A stretch of DNA of 50,841 nt. Origin: Sumerlaeia bacterium (GTDB taxonomy: Bacteria; Sumerlaeota; Sumerlaeia; SLMS01; JAHLLQ01). Below are positions 48,329-50,841 of this stretch, one piece after another. Numbering within the stretch: the first letter of the stretch is position 1; each line of letters opens with the position of its first letter. A model generated the notes under the pieces. That model ran no database searches. It was not told the origin of the DNA and saw only the letters and a program-made list of their open reading frames with translations. Where the stretch lies: positions 1 through 50,841 of the forward strand of contig JAVJSW010000072.1 of assembly GCA_040219255.1 (NCBI GenBank), written 5' to 3'. The translations under genes were made by a program, and so were the position numbers.

Positions 48329-50365
48329 ATGACCGTCTCTCTCGCTGTTTCCAGTTTCCGGCGCCGCCTGCCCACCTTTCTTGTCCTCAGCATCACCCTC
48401 CTCCTCGCCTGGCTCCAACTCGGCCCCCTCGTCCATAAGCAACCGGAGGATGGTGGCCCCTGGTTCCTCTATGGCCGCGACACCGTCAGCCACGACGCCG
48501 TGGTGCAGATCTGGGCCTGGGGCGAGGTGGTGGAGAGCGGCGGCACGTTGCCTCTCTGGATTCCAGAGCTTCAGGCCGGGCTGCCGACCCTTGGGTCGTG
48601 GTTGTGGACGCCGTTTCACCCGACGCTTTGGCTGCATGCGGTGTTGCCGTTCGCGTTGGCCCAGCGCGCGCAGTTCACGCTGGCGCTGTGGGTGGCGATG
48701 CTGGGCGGCTACTGGCTCGGGCGCGGGATGGGGCTGCGGCGGGGGAGCGCCCTGCTGCTCGGGGTCGGTTTCGGCCTCAGCGGTCATCTGGTGACGCTGA
48801 TCCATGCCGGGCATTTGCAGAAGGTGCTGGCGCTGGCGTGGCTGCCGTGGGTGGCGGGCGGGGCCGAGCGGGCCTTCGCGCGGGGCGCCAGTTGGCGAGA
48901 GGCCGCCCGGGGGGCGGCGGTGGCGGCGCTGGCGTGGGGGCTGATGTTCCTGAGCGGCCACCCGCAGATCGCCTACATCGGGCTCATGCTGGTGGTCGCG
49001 CGGGCGGCGGCGCTGCTGCGCCACGATTGGCGGCGGGCTGTCGCCGGAGCCGCCTTCATCGGAGCCATCGGCGGCTGCGTCGGCGCGGTGCAGTTGCTGC
49101 CGGGGCTGGAAATGGCGCCGCTTTCGAACCGCGCCGAAGGCGTCAGCTACGACGAGGCGGTCGAGACCAGCTACCCGTCGCTGGAATTGCTGGAGTTCGC
49201 CCTGCCGCGCTTTCTCGGCGACAGCTCCGCCGCCGGCCACGGCGTGTACGCCGGGCGTTGGGGTGAGCGGCTGGTGAGCGATTACCCGGGCGTCGCGGTG
49301 GTGCTGCTGGCGACACTCGCCTTCGCCGCGCGGTCGCGGCGGCGGATGGCGGGTTTCTGGACGGCGGTGCTCCTCGCGAGCCTGCTGGTCGGCATGGGGC
49401 GTTACACGCCGCTCTACCGCCTGCTGTACGAAGCGTGGCCTGGCATGAAGAGTTTCCGCAGTCCCGGGACGTTTTTCGCGGCGGCGGCCCTGGCGTGGCC
49501 GGTGCTGGCGGCGCTGGGGATCGAGGCCTGGCGCGACCGCATCGCCGCCGCTCCCGAGGGCAAGGGCAAGCTGCTGATCGCGGCGGTGGCGGCGCTGTGC
49601 GCGTTCGGGTTCGCGCTCTTGCTGGTGCCTCTGGCGCGGCGCATGGCCGACGATGGCGTTCCGGCGGCGCTCTTCGCGGTGGAGGCGGCGGCGCGGACGC
49701 TGGCCCTGGCGGCGGCGGTGCTGGGCGGGTTGATGCTGCTGAGGACGCAGGCCGGCACGGCGCGCGAGCGCTGGATCGCCGCAGGCCTCGTGGTGCTACT
49801 GGCGGCGGATTTGGCGTGGGCCAACAGGGCGTTCCTGATCGCCGAGGACTGGCGCCGCTACGACGCCTACCTCGCGCCCCGTCCCCTCGACAATTGGGCC
49901 GCTGCGAACCTGGATGAACCGCGCCGCGTCCTCGAACTCGGCCGCGAGCAATCCCTCACCCCCATCCTCCACGACCGCGACGCGCTCCTAGGCTATCACC
50001 CCGTCAGTTTCCGCACCTTCAGCGATACCTTGGATGTCGAAGGCGGCTACCTCTCGCCCGAATGGCGGGCCGCCTGGGGCGTGCGCCACATCGCCACGAC
50101 CCAGCTTCCAGAGCCGATGCCTGCGGGCTGGCGCATCGTGGCTCGGTTCCAGGACGGGGTGCATGTGCTGGAGGATCAGGGGACGCCGCTGTCGGACCGA
50201 ACGCTCGTCGGCGACCAGATCGCCCGGCGGCCGGGGAGTTACCGGGTGGGGTTGTTCTTGACGGTTGTGGGTGTTGGGGTGGTGGCGCTAATCTTGTTGG
50301 GTACCTATAGACCACGAGTTAATGGAATTAGCCGCGACGAGCGGACGGAAGCATCGCTTCCCTAA
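48329..50365 (+). CDS. YfhO-like polytopic membrane protein (GT-C fold candidate)
   Basis: GTLPLWIPELQAGLP, SGHPQIAY, GAVQLLPGLE...SNR, PGMKSFRSPG and ADLAWAN motifs; many TM segments. Confidence 0.75.
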   Translation: MTVSLAVSSFRRRLPTFLVLSITLLLAWLQLGPLVHKQPEDGGPWFLYGRDTVSHDAVVQIWAWGEVVESGGTLPLWIPELQAGLPTLGSWLWTPFHPTLWLHAVLPFALAQRAQFTLALWVAMLGGYWLGRGMGLRRGSALLLGVGFGLSGHLVTLIHAGHLQKVLALAWLPWVAGGAERAFARGASWREAARGAAVAALAWGLMFLSGHPQIAYIGLMLVVARAAALLRHDWRRAVAGAAFIGAIGGCVGAVQLLPGLEMAPLSNRAEGVSYDEAVETSYPSLELLEFALPRFLGDSSAAGHGVYAGRWGERLVSDYPGVAVVLLATLAFAARSRRRMAGFWTAVLLASLLVGMGRYTPLYRLLYEAWPGMKSFRSPGTFFAAAALAWPVLAALGIEAWRDRIAAAPEGKGKLLIAAVAALCAFGFALLLVPLARRMADDGVPAALFAVEAAARTLALAAAVLGGLMLLRTQAGTARERWIAAGLVVLLAADLAWANRAFLIAEDWRRYDAYLAPRPLDNWAAANLDEPRRVLELGREQSLTPILHDRDALLGYHPVSFRTFSDTLDVEGGYLSPEWRAAWGVRHIATTQLPEPMPAGWRIVARFQDGVHVLEDQGTPLSDRTLVGDQIARRPGSYRVGLFLTVVGVGVVALILLGTYRPRVNGISRDERTEASLP

Positions 50366-50660
50366 TACTCGTCAAACCCTGGTAAGACATCCTTTGTTCT
50401 GATGCCTTCCTTGCGCGCCACGGCATGGCAAAGGATCACTCGTTTTTCTTTGCAGTGAACGGAGAAGATCAGCCTCAGCCCTCCGCTCTTCCCGGCGCCT
50501 GGTAGCATCCACCGGACTTTCAAGAGTTTGCCACCGGACTTGGTCTTGCCCACGGGGGCAATGCTCTTGCCCAGCTTTTCCTGGCAATCGCCTGTGGAGA
50601 AGTAGGAGCAGAGAAATGTCTTAAGCGCTTTGACTTGGGTCTTGTATTGCTTGAAGCCTA
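50362..50660 (-). pseudogene. RelE/HigB-like toxin gene lacking its 5' end
   Basis: Frame ...FKQYKTQVKALKTFLCSYF...GGKLLKVRWMLPGAGKSGGLRLIF; GKSGGxR is typical of RelE/HigB-like proteins; the frame stays open up to the CTAG with no start codon upstream of 50553. Confidence 0.6.
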
Positions 50661-50841
50661 GGCTCTGTCCGATAAATCCAACTGGACATTGTTCAGGAGT
50701 CCTTGGCCCACTGACGGAAGCTCTCCTGTCGAGGAACTTCCATGGCCCGTTTCGAACTCACCGATGAAGAATACGAACTGCTCAAGCCCCACCTTCCCGC
50801 TGAACGGCCCAACAAAAAAGGGCGCCCATGGATGCCCCACC
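50658..50841 (+). mobile_element. IS5-family insertion sequence, left end (partial)
   Basis: CTAG at 50658-50661 followed by a candidate terminal sequence GCTCTGTCC and a transposase start ~80 nt inside; the exact end is inferred. Confidence 0.75.
50742..50841 (+). CDS. IS5-family transposase N-terminus (partial)
   Basis: MARFELTDEEYELLKPHLPAERPNKKGRPWMPH fits the LTDxxW...LP...GRP signature; GAGGA RBS; absent from the ORF track. Confidence 0.85.
   Translation, partial: MARFELTDEEYELLKPHLPAERPNKKGRPWMPH

Overview
A GC-rich bacterial chromosomal window, probably from Candidatus Sumerlaeota (BRC1) or a relative. That placement is inferred from the orphan pilin motifs and C-terminal tags and was not confirmed by any search. 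Housekeeping genes: ribH, lipA, a CPD photolyase, Bacillus-type sdhCAB, dacB, a wecA/tagO-like transferase, rpsO-pnp, and a GAF histidine kinase with a sigma-54 response regulator. Accessory content: a TetR/FMN-binding/VOC triad with a visible operator pair, an HxlR/thioredoxin pair, an OmcB/DUF11-like lipoprotein, an orphan low-GC Rhs toxin-immunity cassette, several large secreted proteins, two Ser/Thr kinases, an orphan pilin, two GT-C-like membrane proteins, and a RelE/HigB-like gene interrupted by an IS5-family element at the right edge. Most notable observations: (1) two short C-terminal tags, each shared by a pair of unrelated proteins (ASVxD(W/F), and a single dockerin-like Ca loop), plus a translationally coupled small tagged protein and untagged G8 protein that may be an adaptor/cargo export pair; (2) a 31-bp CACAGAG repeat lying 16-21 nt after stop codons, twice forming inverted pairs; (3) a second ~70-bp noncoding repeat; (4) a perfect Rex box upstream of sdhC; (5) a PNPase with long disordered tails at both ends; (6) an ~85-aa insertion in SdhA. 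No rRNA, tRNA or CRISPR array was seen.
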